64,000 nucleotides of DNA from contig CAZNMD010000001.1 in assembly GCA_964574355.1 (NCBI GenBank), positions 26,180 to 90,179 of the forward strand, written 5' to 3'. The position numbers were made by a program, and so were the translations under genes. Below, piece after piece: positions 18,629-28,134 of the stretch (within the stretch, counting starts at the first letter, position 1; each line of letters starts with the position of its first letter). The DNA is from an uncultured Candidatus Saccharibacteria bacterium (GTDB lineage: Bacteria > Patescibacteriota > Minisyncoccia > Phycocordibacterales > DSPV01). Below the pieces are notes generated by a model. It was not told the origin of the DNA and searched no databases. It saw only the letters and a program-made list of their open reading frames with translations.

Positions 18629-20443
18629 ATGACAGAAGAAACTGAAAACAAAGAAGAAAAACCTCAAAAAATAACAAAAAAAGGCTTAAAACAAAGCTTT
18701 GGTGTTCTTTTGATTTATCTTAAAAAATATCGAAAAGAAACTATCGCTCTTTCGATCTTAGGTATTGTTTCGGCTATTGGAAACGGCACAATTCCTTTTA
18801 TTGCTGGTCGGTTTTTTGACGCGATCATTAAACCTGACACGGTACCCCTCTTTGGCCACGTCGTCCCTCTTTTTGCTGTTCTCCTGGGCCTTTGGTCTCT
18901 CATCCAAATTGTTACGTACCTTATGGATTGGCAAATTAACATCAAGAGTGAAAATTTTTCAAACAGTGTCTGGGTTGATTATTGGGCAAAAGGGGTAGGG
19001 CACCTTTTAACCCTCCCTATGGCTTTTCATAAAGCTAAAAAAATTGGTGAAGTAGGGGAAAAAATAAATCGAGCAGCATTTTCTTTGGAAACCATCGTTG
19101 GCCGTATCGTTATTGATCTTGCACCTCAATTTCTTTCAATCGCCATCGCTCTTGGTGTCGGTTTTTATATTGAACCGCTACTCGCACTCGTTCTTGTAGC
19201 TGGAATCGTGTTGTATACCATCGTCCTTGCACGATCAGTTGCACCAATTGCTGAAATTCAACGAGAGTATCAAACTCACTTATGGGGTGTTTTTGGTGAC
19301 AGTTTTGACCTCATGGGCAATACCCAAACAGTAAAACAAGCTGGAGCAGAAAAACATGAATTTGATCGAATGGAAAATAAGCTGAAGGGTCCCGTTCTCG
19401 GTTTATGGGGCAAAATGAATCGTGTATGGAGTGACTTAACGCTCTATCAACGAATCATTATTCTTGTCACTCAGCTGACTATTTTTATCGCTTCAGTTGT
19501 TTTTATTGCTCGCGGTAACATGACGATTGGAGATCTTCTGGCCTTTAACGCTTACGCCACCATGGTCTTTGGTCCTTTTGTAGTTGTTGGTCGTAATTGG
19601 CAAACAATTCAAAATGGTGTCATTCAACTTGAAGAAGCAGAGGCGGTTATGAATGAAATACCTGAAAACTACCACCCATCAGGAAAACATATTCATACAC
19701 CTATACGAGGCGATATCACATTTGAAAATGTTGTTTTCTACTACGACGAAAAGAAGCAAGTACTCCAAGATATTTCATTCAAAGCTAAAGCCGGAGAAAT
19801 AATCGCCCTTGTTGGCGAATCCGGCGTTGGTAAATCAACCCTCGTCGAACTCATTGGGGGATATCATTTTCCAGTGTCAGGAAAAGTTCTCGTTGATAGT
19901 ATTCCAATTGAGGATATTGATCTTGTCTCTCTTCGTTCACAAATCGCAATCGTGCCACAAGAAGTTGTGCTGTTTAACGACACCATCATTCACAACATTC
20001 GCTACGGAAAATTTGACGCAACTGAAGAAGAAGTCAAGGAAGCTGCAAAAAAGGCACATGCGCATGACTTTATCGAAAAATTTCCTGACAAATGGCAACA
20101 AACGGTGGGTGAGCGTGGTGTAAAACTTTCTGTTGGACAAAAACAGCGTGTCGCTATTGCGCGGGCTATTCTTCGAAATCCTCGCATTCTCATACTCGAT
20201 GAACCAACATCAGCACTTGATGCCGGCTCAGAAAAAATAATCACTGAATCACTTGAAAAATTAATGGAAGGAAAAACAACATTCATCGTCGCTCATCGAC
20301 TTTCAACTGTTCGCAAAGCAAATAAAATTCTCGTATTTAAGGAAGGCAAAATTGTTGAATGGGGAACGCACGACGAGTTACTCAAAAAGGAGGGTGGGGA
20401 ATATCGACGACTGTACGAACTCCAGATCGGTTTACATGAATAA
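18629..20443 (+). CDS. ABC transporter, fused permease/ATP-binding protein (exporter type)
   Basis: Six-TM N-terminal domain, Walker A GESGVGKST, signature LSVGQKQR, and Walker B ILILDE. Confidence 0.9.
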   Translation: MTEETENKEEKPQKITKKGLKQSFGVLLIYLKKYRKETIALSILGIVSAIGNGTIPFIAGRFFDAIIKPDTVPLFGHVVPLFAVLLGLWSLIQIVTYLMDWQINIKSENFSNSVWVDYWAKGVGHLLTLPMAFHKAKKIGEVGEKINRAAFSLETIVGRIVIDLAPQFLSIAIALGVGFYIEPLLALVLVAGIVLYTIVLARSVAPIAEIQREYQTHLWGVFGDSFDLMGNTQTVKQAGAEKHEFDRMENKLKGPVLGLWGKMNRVWSDLTLYQRIIILVTQLTIFIASVVFIARGNMTIGDLLAFNAYATMVFGPFVVVGRNWQTIQNGVIQLEEAEAVMNEIPENYHPSGKHIHTPIRGDITFENVVFYYDEKKQVLQDISFKAKAGEIIALVGESGVGKSTLVELIGGYHFPVSGKVLVDSIPIEDIDLVSLRSQIAIVPQEVVLFNDTIIHNIRYGKFDATEEEVKEAAKKAHAHDFIEKFPDKWQQTVGERGVKLSVGQKQRVAIARAILRNPRILILDEPTSALDAGSEKIITESLEKLMEGKTTFIVAHRLSTVRKANKILVFKEGKIVEWGTHDELLKKEGGEYRRLYELQIGLHE

Positions 20444-20454
20444 ATAACAAAAGG

Positions 20455-20486
20455 ACCTCGCATCTGCGGGCCCTTTTTAATTTATT
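20455..20486 (+). terminator. Rho-independent terminator after the ABC transporter
   Basis: CTCGCA-tc-TGCGGG stem followed by a CCCTTTTTAATTTATTTTTT tract. Confidence 0.6.
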
Positions 20487-20647
20487 TTTTCTTTTTTCTT
20501 TTTTATTTTTTGTCTCTTTCCGCGCATTTAGAGACGCGCTGCGACTATTCGCCCCCTATTCCAACAGCGTAAGCCTCAATGTAAGGCTCAAAACTGCTCT
20601 TTGAAGAGCTATCCTGCCACCTAAGTTAGTACTAGCATAATAATCAT

Positions 20648-22507
20648 ATGGTGTCAATTATTATTGAATACCTACTAGAAAAAGGATACACTGTCGAAAT
20701 GTCTAAACAAAAACAAAATCCTAAAAAAGACTCAGGAATCAAGACTAAATGGGATTTAACTCTACTCTATAAAAACGAAAACGATCCGCAGATTGAGGCT
20801 GATGTGAAAGCAGCTGAAGCGGCATATGATGCATTTGCTACAAAATACAAAGAGAACTCAACCTATCTTACCAATGAAACCAACCTGAAAGAGGCCCTTG
20901 AAGATTACGAAAAACTGTACACGCTTCACGATACAAAAGCCTACCTCTATTTTATGTATCGGATTTCACTGGAAAGCCAGAACACAAAGATAGGAGCAAA
21001 GCTTACCATGCTCACAGAAACCCTTAATAAGCATGCAAATAAAATTGTCTTTTTTGATGTCTCTCTATCAAAAATTTCTCTAGACCAACAAACAATCTTT
21101 TTGAAAAGCGACCTCTTGAAACCGTACCGCTACTTTCTTGCACGAAAATTTGAAAAAGGTAAACATACGCTCACAGAAGCCGAAGAAAAGATTTTAAATT
21201 TGACTGGCTTGCCGTCATACATGCTGTGGGTAAAGGGCAACGAAACAATTCTAGGAAAACAAGTTGTTATCTGGAAAAAAAAGAAAGTGTCACTTTCTGA
21301 GGCAATGAATAAAATTGTCACCCTTCAAACAAAAGAACGTCGTGCACTTTCCGCCATTGTTCATGAAAAATTAAAAGAGGTTTCTGATTTTGCCGAAAAT
21401 GAACTAAACGCAATTGTTATAGATAAAAAAATTAGTGACGAACTTCGAGGTTACAAAACTCCTTTCGATGAAACGATCCGTGCATACCACAATGAACCCG
21501 ATACCGTGAAAAATCTTGTTGAAACGGTTACAAGACATTTTTCTCTTTCGCATCGTTTTTACAAGCTGAAAGCAAAACTCCTAGGAGAGAAAAAACTTGT
21601 CTACGCTGATCGTAGCGCTGAAATAGGAAAAACAAATAAAAAAATCTCTTTTAATGAAGCGGTTGGTATTGTTTCCCGCGGTTTTGCAAAGGTTCACCCA
21701 GATTACGCTGCTATTTTTTCTTCAATGCTTTCAAAGGGTCAAATTGACGTCTACCCCTATCAGGGCAAGGAAAGCGGAGCATTTTGCTCTGGTCATAAAA
21801 ATTTACCAACGTTTGTTCTTTTGAACCAAGTCAACAATTTTGACTCCGTTACCACCATGGCTCATGAAATGGGTCACGCGATTCACTCTGAATTATCGAA
21901 CCAAAACCAGCGGCCGCTCTACAGTAATTACTCTACTGCCGTTGCCGAAACAGCAAGTACTTTCTTTGAAAATTTTGTTTTCGATGAAATTTTTGAAACA
22001 CTTTCAAAAAAAGAAAAAATTGTTGCCCTTCATGATCGAATTACCGATTCGATTCAAACAGTTTTTCGACAAATCGCCTGTTTTAATTTTGAACTTGAAC
22101 TACACACAACCATAAGAGAGCGGGGCACTATTTCAAAAGACGAGATCCTTGTGCTTATGAACAAACACATGCAAGCGTACCTAGGTCCAGCTTTCAAACT
22201 AGTTCCTGATGACGGTTATATGTTTGTTGCATGGTCACACTTGCGACGTTTCTTTTATGTCTACTCATATGCTTTTGGAAAAATTATTTCAACCGCACTT
22301 TATGAGATGTACAAAAAAGATGTAGGTACAGAAAAGAAAATTCGACAATTTCTTTCAGCGGGGGGTTCAGCTTCACCTGAAGACATTTTTGCATCAATCG
22401 GTATTGATATTCGAAAACCTGACTTTTTTGAGCTTGGACTCAAAAAAATTGAGGCGGATATTATTACACTTGAGAAGTTAAGCAGTTTATCCGCGAACAA
22501 GCTATAA
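20648..22507 (+). CDS. pepF: Oligoendopeptidase F (M3B family)
   Basis: HEXXH zinc motif TTMAHEMGHAIH and M3-family length and architecture. An alternative start is ATG ~20699 (MSKQKQ…). Confidence 0.88.
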   Translation: MVSIIIEYLLEKGYTVEMSKQKQNPKKDSGIKTKWDLTLLYKNENDPQIEADVKAAEAAYDAFATKYKENSTYLTNETNLKEALEDYEKLYTLHDTKAYLYFMYRISLESQNTKIGAKLTMLTETLNKHANKIVFFDVSLSKISLDQQTIFLKSDLLKPYRYFLARKFEKGKHTLTEAEEKILNLTGLPSYMLWVKGNETILGKQVVIWKKKKVSLSEAMNKIVTLQTKERRALSAIVHEKLKEVSDFAENELNAIVIDKKISDELRGYKTPFDETIRAYHNEPDTVKNLVETVTRHFSLSHRFYKLKAKLLGEKKLVYADRSAEIGKTNKKISFNEAVGIVSRGFAKVHPDYAAIFSSMLSKGQIDVYPYQGKESGAFCSGHKNLPTFVLLNQVNNFDSVTTMAHEMGHAIHSELSNQNQRPLYSNYSTAVAETASTFFENFVFDEIFETLSKKEKIVALHDRITDSIQTVFRQIACFNFELELHTTIRERGTISKDEILVLMNKHMQAYLGPAFKLVPDDGYMFVAWSHLRRFFYVYSYAFGKIISTALYEMYKKDVGTEKKIRQFLSAGGSASPEDIFASIGIDIRKPDFFELGLKKIEADIITLEKLSSLSANKL

Positions 22508-22515
22508 TATCTTTT

Positions 22516-23919
22516 ATGTCACGCACACTCATTGGCGAACTCCATGCTCATATTGGCACCGAAATAACTCTCAAGGGCTGGGTTGATATTCGACGCGACC
22601 ATGGCAAACTTGTCTTTTTTGATTTTCGTGACCGTTCTGGAAAAGTACAGATGGTCGCACTTCCTAACAATAAAGAAGCTCATGCAGCGGCCCAAACAGT
22701 TCGACCAGAATGGGTATTGGAAATAAAAGGGAAGGTTAATGCGCGTCCAGAGCGAATGATAAAAAAGGAAGAACTAAATGGCGATATTGAAATTGAAGTG
22801 TTGGGTATTACCGTATTAAACGAATCAGGCACACCACCTTTTGATCTTGGAACTGATGGACGAGACATAAACGAAGAACGCCGACTTGAATACCGCTACC
22901 TCGACTTACGTCGCCCACGCCTTCAGAAAAATATTCGTATGCGCCACAAAGTAAGCGCTTTTATTCGAGAACAACTCTCAAACGAAGATTTTGTTGAAAT
23001 AGAAACACCACTCCTCTCTAAAACAACTCCGGAAGGATCACGAGACTATGTTGTTCCGTCACGTCTCTACAAAGGCTCTTTTTACGCGCTTCCCCAATCA
23101 CCTCAGCAATATAAACAACTCTTAATGACCGCGGGCTTTGAACGCTACTTCCAATTTGCACGTTGTATGCGCGATGAAGATACTCGAGGGGATCGACAAC
23201 CTGAATTTACCCAACTCGATCTTGAAATGAGTTTTGTTGAACGCGAAGATGTTATGGCCCTGAACGAAAAACTACTTATCGAACTTATTGAGAAACTTTA
23301 TCCAGAAAAAATTATTCAGGAGGTTCCTTTTCCACGCCTTACATACAAAGAAGCCATGGAAAAATACGGTAACGACAAGCCAGACCTAAGGCAAGATAAA
23401 GCAAATGAAAATCTTCTCGCCTTTTGCTGGGTTGTTGATTTTCCTTTCTTTGAAAAAACAGACGACGGATCGTGGACATTTACCCATAATCCATTTTCTG
23501 CACCAAAACCAGAACATCGAACATGGCTTATGGAGAAAAAGTCTGTCGGTGACATTTTAACGACTCAGTACGACATCGCTCTCAACGGCTTCGAAATTGG
23601 AGGCGGATCAATTCGTAACCACCAACCAGAATCACTAAAAAAGGTATTCGAAATCATGGGATATACAGAAGAAGAAATCGAAGAAGATTTTCACCACATA
23701 CTTGAAGCATTTTCTTTTGGAACTCCGCCTCATGGTGGTATTGCCTGGGGTTTTGACCGTCTTATGGCTATTCTCGAAAACGAACCGAATATCCGTGAAG
23801 TTATCGCCTTCTCAAAAACTGGTGAGGGTAGGGACCCAATGATGAAATCTCCTTCAACCATTACACCCGAACAACTCATCGAACTAGGTATCACCGTCAA
23901 AAAAGAAGAAAAGAAATAA
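22516..23919 (+). CDS. aspS: Aspartate--tRNA ligase (bacterial type but lacking the GAD insertion domain)
   Basis: N-terminal OB fold, QSPQQYKQLLM, and motif 2 FARCMRDEDTRGDRQPEFTQLD. Only 467 aa, and collinear with E. coli AspRS except that the ~130-aa GAD insertion is absent. Confidence 0.93.
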   Translation: MSRTLIGELHAHIGTEITLKGWVDIRRDHGKLVFFDFRDRSGKVQMVALPNNKEAHAAAQTVRPEWVLEIKGKVNARPERMIKKEELNGDIEIEVLGITVLNESGTPPFDLGTDGRDINEERRLEYRYLDLRRPRLQKNIRMRHKVSAFIREQLSNEDFVEIETPLLSKTTPEGSRDYVVPSRLYKGSFYALPQSPQQYKQLLMTAGFERYFQFARCMRDEDTRGDRQPEFTQLDLEMSFVEREDVMALNEKLLIELIEKLYPEKIIQEVPFPRLTYKEAMEKYGNDKPDLRQDKANENLLAFCWVVDFPFFEKTDDGSWTFTHNPFSAPKPEHRTWLMEKKSVGDILTTQYDIALNGFEIGGGSIRNHQPESLKKVFEIMGYTEEEIEEDFHHILEAFSFGTPPHGGIAWGFDRLMAILENEPNIREVIAFSKTGEGRDPMMKSPSTITPEQLIELGITVKKEEKK

Positions 23920-23924
23920 CGTAA

Positions 23925-23965
23925 TTAAAAAATCTCCGCGTATAAGACGCGGAGATTTTGATTTT
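23925..23965. terminator. Bidirectional Rho-independent terminator (TCTCCGCG-tataaga-CGCGGAGA + TTTTGATTTT)
   Basis: Perfect 8-bp stem flanked by an A-run and a T-run. Serves the convergent aspS and the 23977-24516 ORF. Confidence 0.85.
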
Positions 23966-23976
23966 ACTTCTCGACT

Positions 23977-24516
23977 TCAATCGAGGAAGAAGATCCTTGT
24001 TCCGGAAGGCCACTCCGTGTCTTCCGTGGGCTCTTGAGCGTCCAAGAGCCACGAACCGTCACCTTTTGACGTTACAACAACCAAATGACCCATCTGATTG
24101 GTCCCCATCATGTAAAGCAGGTTGGGTTGACGCCGAGAGAGAACCACCCCCAACGACAAGGGAGCCTTGAGTAACCCAAACAAGTGTACCGTGTGAGGAA
24201 GGCGAAATGATCCATAATGGACCACATCATGAATGTCCCTGTTTCTTGCCGGGCAAACCGTAGTCAATGGCCTGATTCTGGATTCCGGTTCACGGTTATA
24301 CTTTCGTCCACAAAAGTAGGGACGAAAGTTTTCCGACATTTCCGCTAACGGAGCTTGAAAATCTGTCCACGGCGTAAAATCTTCGACCGCGGACAAGGTA
24401 AACACTGAACCAGAGGGACGAAACAAGTCTCGTCGCCGACCACTTCCATTTCTGGGACCTGTTGCAGCTAACACACCGGTCCCAACCAGCGAATCAGAAA
24501 CATAAAAACGACCCAT
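23977..24516 (-). CDS. Hypothetical protein in a GC-rich block (alternative: structured RNA)
   Basis: 179-aa ORF with an AAAGG RBS 7 nt upstream and codon third positions resembling host genes, but the GC is far above the window average and no domain is recognised. Confidence 0.4.
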   Translation of the reverse strand: MGRFYVSDSLVGTGVLAATGPRNGSGRRRDLFRPSGSVFTLSAVEDFTPWTDFQAPLAEMSENFRPYFCGRKYNREPESRIRPLTTVCPARNRDIHDVVHYGSFRLPHTVHLFGLLKAPLSLGVVLSRRQPNLLYMMGTNQMGHLVVVTSKGDGSWLLDAQEPTEDTEWPSGTRIFFLD

Positions 24517-24724
24517 AGATCAAACCTTTCTATTCTATTTTTTTGAGTTTAGCCCCAAAACAGACAGCATTGCTATCTGTTTATATCCTATAATAAATTA
24601 CTCTTAATATTACACTTTGTCAACTATTACAGCCTTCTGTTTCCCAAAAAAGAACTGCCCGAAGCCCCATCTTCAGTGGATATACACCCTAACAATTGGC
24701 CACAAAATAGGGTAAAATGCGAGA

Positions 24725-25453
24725 GTGAACGAACAATATACGGTTAAAACAGAGGTTTTTGAGGGGCCCCTCCATCTCCTCCTGGATCTTATAGAAAAGC
24801 GGAAGCTTTTAATTAACGACGTCTCATTAGCCCAGGTAGCTGATGATTTTATTGCATACCTAGAAAAACAGGATGCGTTCTCAATGAAAGATACTGCAGA
24901 ATTTATTCTTATTGCCTCAACGCTACTTCTTATAAAATCAAAATCGCTCCTTCCAACACTGAACCTGACAAACGAAGAGCAGGGCGATATTGCAAATTTA
25001 GAATTGCGCCTAAAACTCTACCAACGCTTCAAAGAACTCGCGGGACATCTTCGATCAGTATTTGGTAAAACCCCTCTTTTTTCTCCTGAGCCTCGTCCTC
25101 GCGAAATTGTTTTTTCAGCGCATGCACGAATTACAAATGGGAATCTTCTTACAGCTATACGGGAAGCTCTCAACAATGTTCCTCGGCTTGTTCATACTCC
25201 GAGCGTCACAGTAAAAAAAGTAGTTTCTCTAGAAGAAATGATTGTTAACCTTTCTGATCGTATTAAAGGCGCCCTTACCATGAGCTTTCGTGATTTTTCT
25301 GGAATTGGTAAAAAAGAAAAAGTTGAAGTTATCGTATCATTTCTCGCCATGCTTGAATTAGTAAAACGTGGTGTTCTTTTAGTAAAACAGGAGAATCACT
25401 TTGACGACATTACCATTGAGACTGATTCTATTTCTATTCCAAGCTATGCCTGA
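24725..25453 (+). CDS. scpA: Segregation and condensation protein A
   Basis: N-terminus FEGPLHLLLDLIEKRKLLINDVSLAQVADDF is typical of ScpA. Confidence 0.9.
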   Translation: MNEQYTVKTEVFEGPLHLLLDLIEKRKLLINDVSLAQVADDFIAYLEKQDAFSMKDTAEFILIASTLLLIKSKSLLPTLNLTNEEQGDIANLELRLKLYQRFKELAGHLRSVFGKTPLFSPEPRPREIVFSAHARITNGNLLTAIREALNNVPRLVHTPSVTVKKVVSLEEMIVNLSDRIKGALTMSFRDFSGIGKKEKVEVIVSFLAMLELVKRGVLLVKQENHFDDITIETDSISIPSYA

Positions 25454-26030
25454 CCAAAACCAACAACCCCTAGCCCTTTCTTCTCAACTTGAAGCCGTAT
25501 TGTTTTTCCATGCAGAACCGTTAAGTTTAAAAGAGCTTACTGTCATTTTGAAAGAACCGATAGAAACGGTGAAAGTGGCTCTCAAAGAACTAGAGACGGC
25601 TTTATACGGTCGAGGTATTTCTCTTATCCAAATTAACGACGTATATTCCCTCGGAACCGCAAAAGAAGCTTCTTCTTTAATCGAAGAAATGACAAAAGAG
25701 GAGCTCTCAAAAGATATTGGAAAAGCGGGCCTTGAAACATTAGCAATTATTATGTACAAAGGCGCCGTTACACGAAAAGAAATTGATTTTATTCGTGGAG
25801 TAAATTCAACATTTATTATCAGAAACCTTTTGATTCGCGGCTTGATTGAAAAAGTTGAAGACGAGGGGGACAAAAGACAATTTCGATACAGAGCAACTAT
25901 TGATTTACTTTCTCATCTTGGTCTTTCAAAAACAGAAGATTTACCTGAATTTACCACCATGAAAACTGAACTTGAAAAACTACACGAACATACGGAGACA
26001 AAACAAGAGTTACCTGTACTCCCTGAATAA
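25446..26030 (+). CDS. scpB: Segregation and condensation protein B
   Basis: LEAVLFFHAEPLSLKELTVIL… indicates ScpB winged-helix repeats. ATG 25446 overlaps the scpA stop by 8 nt. The track start TTG 25401 is probably too far upstream. Confidence 0.88.
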   Translation: MPDQNQQPLALSSQLEAVLFFHAEPLSLKELTVILKEPIETVKVALKELETALYGRGISLIQINDVYSLGTAKEASSLIEEMTKEELSKDIGKAGLETLAIIMYKGAVTRKEIDFIRGVNSTFIIRNLLIRGLIEKVEDEGDKRQFRYRATIDLLSHLGLSKTEDLPEFTTMKTELEKLHEHTETKQELPVLPE

Positions 26031-26032
26031 AT

Positions 26033-27022
26033 ATGGATACATACGAACAAAAAGAAAATCTATTTGAAACAAAAGAGCTTTTACAGTACTCACTTTTTTT
26101 TGTTGGTATTATTTCTGTTTTTCTCATTACAAAATCAATACATCAATCACCAACCTCAGCTACTGCATTAGTAACTACAGCAACGGAAACAGCCATTACT
26201 CCTCCAAACCCATTTGAATCTGTTTCATTTCGTTCTCAAGCAGCGGCAGTATACGACGTGAACTCTGAAAGTTTTTTATTTACAACAAACGCTGATGCAC
26301 CACTCGCACTTGCTTCGCTAACAAAACTAATGACCGCAGTTGTCGCTGTTGAATCTGCTCCAGAAAACAAAACAATTACTATTCCTCGCACCGCATTACT
26401 CAAAGAAGGGGATAGCGGGCTTCAGTTAGGTGAAACCTGGAACCTTTCTGAACTTATTGATTACATGATGGTTGTATCATCAAACGACGGAGCAGCCGCT
26501 CTCGCTATTTCTATAGGTGCCCAGCCACTTCCAGGCCAAGGAGATGGAACACCAACCCCCTATCCTGATCCTGAGGCTCGATTTATTTCAAGAATGAACG
26601 CTACAGCAAATCGTCTTAACCTGAGAAATATGCATTTCAATAATGAATCAGGACTCGATAGTACCGCCAACCAAGGAGGAAGTTATGGCTCAGCTCGCGA
26701 TGTGGCAAAACTTATGGCATATACACTCATTAATCATCCAGAAATTTTGAAAGAAACAACAAAAACAAAAACAACTATATCCTCTCTTGAAAAAACAAGA
26801 GAGGCAATAAACACAAATCCTTTTGTTGATACAATTCCTGGCATCATTGGTAGTAAAACTGGTTTTACTGATATCGCCGGAGGTAACTTGGTTGTCGCCT
26901 TTGATGCTGGATTTAACCAACCAGTTGTCGTTGTTGTTCTTGGTTCAACTCCTGAAAGCCGTTTTACTGATGTTGATACACTGATCTACGCAACAAGACA
27001 GTGGTTTGCTAATCAACCTTAA
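26033..27022 (+). CDS. D-alanyl-D-alanine carboxypeptidase (PBP5/S11-like serine peptidase)
   Basis: SxxK (ASLTK), SxN (SSND) and KTG (KTGFT) motifs, with an N-terminal membrane anchor. Confidence 0.8.
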   Translation: MDTYEQKENLFETKELLQYSLFFVGIISVFLITKSIHQSPTSATALVTTATETAITPPNPFESVSFRSQAAAVYDVNSESFLFTTNADAPLALASLTKLMTAVVAVESAPENKTITIPRTALLKEGDSGLQLGETWNLSELIDYMMVVSSNDGAAALAISIGAQPLPGQGDGTPTPYPDPEARFISRMNATANRLNLRNMHFNNESGLDSTANQGGSYGSARDVAKLMAYTLINHPEILKETTKTKTTISSLEKTREAINTNPFVDTIPGIIGSKTGFTDIAGGNLVVAFDAGFNQPVVVVVLGSTPESRFTDVDTLIYATRQWFANQP

Positions 27023-27033
27023 ATAAAGATTTT

Positions 27034-28119
27034 ATGAACTTTATCATTACCGATTTTGTAAAACTACTTTTACCAGCAACACTATCTTTCGTCGTTGGTA
27101 TCGGGCTAGCAGTTATTCTTTCCCACTATCTATACAAATACAAATTATGGAAACCAAAAGCAGGGAAAATTGATCTTTCTGGCAACGAAACACCTATATT
27201 CAACGCCCTTCACAAAGACAAAGAAATAAACACTCCGCGAATGGGAGGCATTATTGTATGGCTGTCACCTCTCGTCACTGTTATGCTTTTGTGGATTGTT
27301 GCATTTGTATATCCTGCAGCATCATTTGTTAAACTTGATCTTCTTTCACGAAATCAAACATGGCTACCTCTTTTTGCATTGGTTATTGGAGGGCTCATTG
27401 GAATAATCGATGACTGGTTTGAAATAAAAGGTTTTGGCGGCAGAAAAGCGGGAGGGTTGTCTCTAAAGAAACGACTCTTTCTTGTTTCTCTTATTGGACT
27501 CGTCGGCGGTTTTTGGTTTTACGAGAAGTTAGATGTTATTACAATTGGTTTTTCTTATTTTGGCAGCAGTGAAATTCCACTTGGAATACTTTTTATTCCT
27601 TTCTTCGTTATTGTTACTGTAGCTGTGTATTCGGGGGGTATTATTGACGGAATTGATGGTCTTGCCGGAGGAGTTTTTGCAACTGTATTTACTTCATATG
27701 CCGTTATTGCTTTTGTGCAACAACAAATAAATCTTGCAGCCTTCTGTTTAACCGTCGTCGGAGCAATACTTGCTTTTCTCTGGTTTAATATTCCACCAGC
27801 CAGATTTTATATGTCTGAAACAGGAAGCATGGCCTTAACAGTAACTCTTGCCATCGTTGCATTCATGACAGATAGCCTTGGCGAGGGAAGAGGTGTTATC
27901 GTTCTTCCCATTATCGCTCTTCCTCTTTTTCTAACAACTCTTTCAGTTATTATTCAAACACTCTCTAAAAAAATCCGTGGCAAAAAGGTGTTCCTGGCAG
28001 CACCAATACATCACCACTTTGAAGCTATTGGCTGGCCCGCCTACAAAGTTACTATGCGTTATTGGATTTTTGGGGCCCTCTCAGCATTTATTGGTATAGC
28101 GCTCGCGTTGATTAATTAA
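27034..28119 (+). CDS. mraY: Phospho-N-acetylmuramoyl-pentapeptide transferase
   Basis: GIIDDWFEIKG and IDGIDGLAGG motifs, about 10 TM segments, and position upstream of ftsW-murG. Confidence 0.92.
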   Translation: MNFIITDFVKLLLPATLSFVVGIGLAVILSHYLYKYKLWKPKAGKIDLSGNETPIFNALHKDKEINTPRMGGIIVWLSPLVTVMLLWIVAFVYPAASFVKLDLLSRNQTWLPLFALVIGGLIGIIDDWFEIKGFGGRKAGGLSLKKRLFLVSLIGLVGGFWFYEKLDVITIGFSYFGSSEIPLGILFIPFFVIVTVAVYSGGIIDGIDGLAGGVFATVFTSYAVIAFVQQQINLAAFCLTVVGAILAFLWFNIPPARFYMSETGSMALTVTLAIVAFMTDSLGEGRGVIVLPIIALPLFLTTLSVIIQTLSKKIRGKKVFLAAPIHHHFEAIGWPAYKVTMRYWIFGALSAFIGIALALIN

Positions 28120-28134
28120 TCAACAAAAAAAACA

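Noticed and set aside
24268-24300. Exact 14-nt match (CTGATTCTGGATTC) to the 5' tRNA-like region of tmRNA, suggesting an ssrA gene
   Set aside because: No complementary 3' acceptor strand (CAGGCC…CCA), no T-arm (GGTTCGAATCC-like) and no plausible tag reading frame ending in ALAA within 500 nt on either strand. The match is kept only as a note under the 23977-24516 finding.
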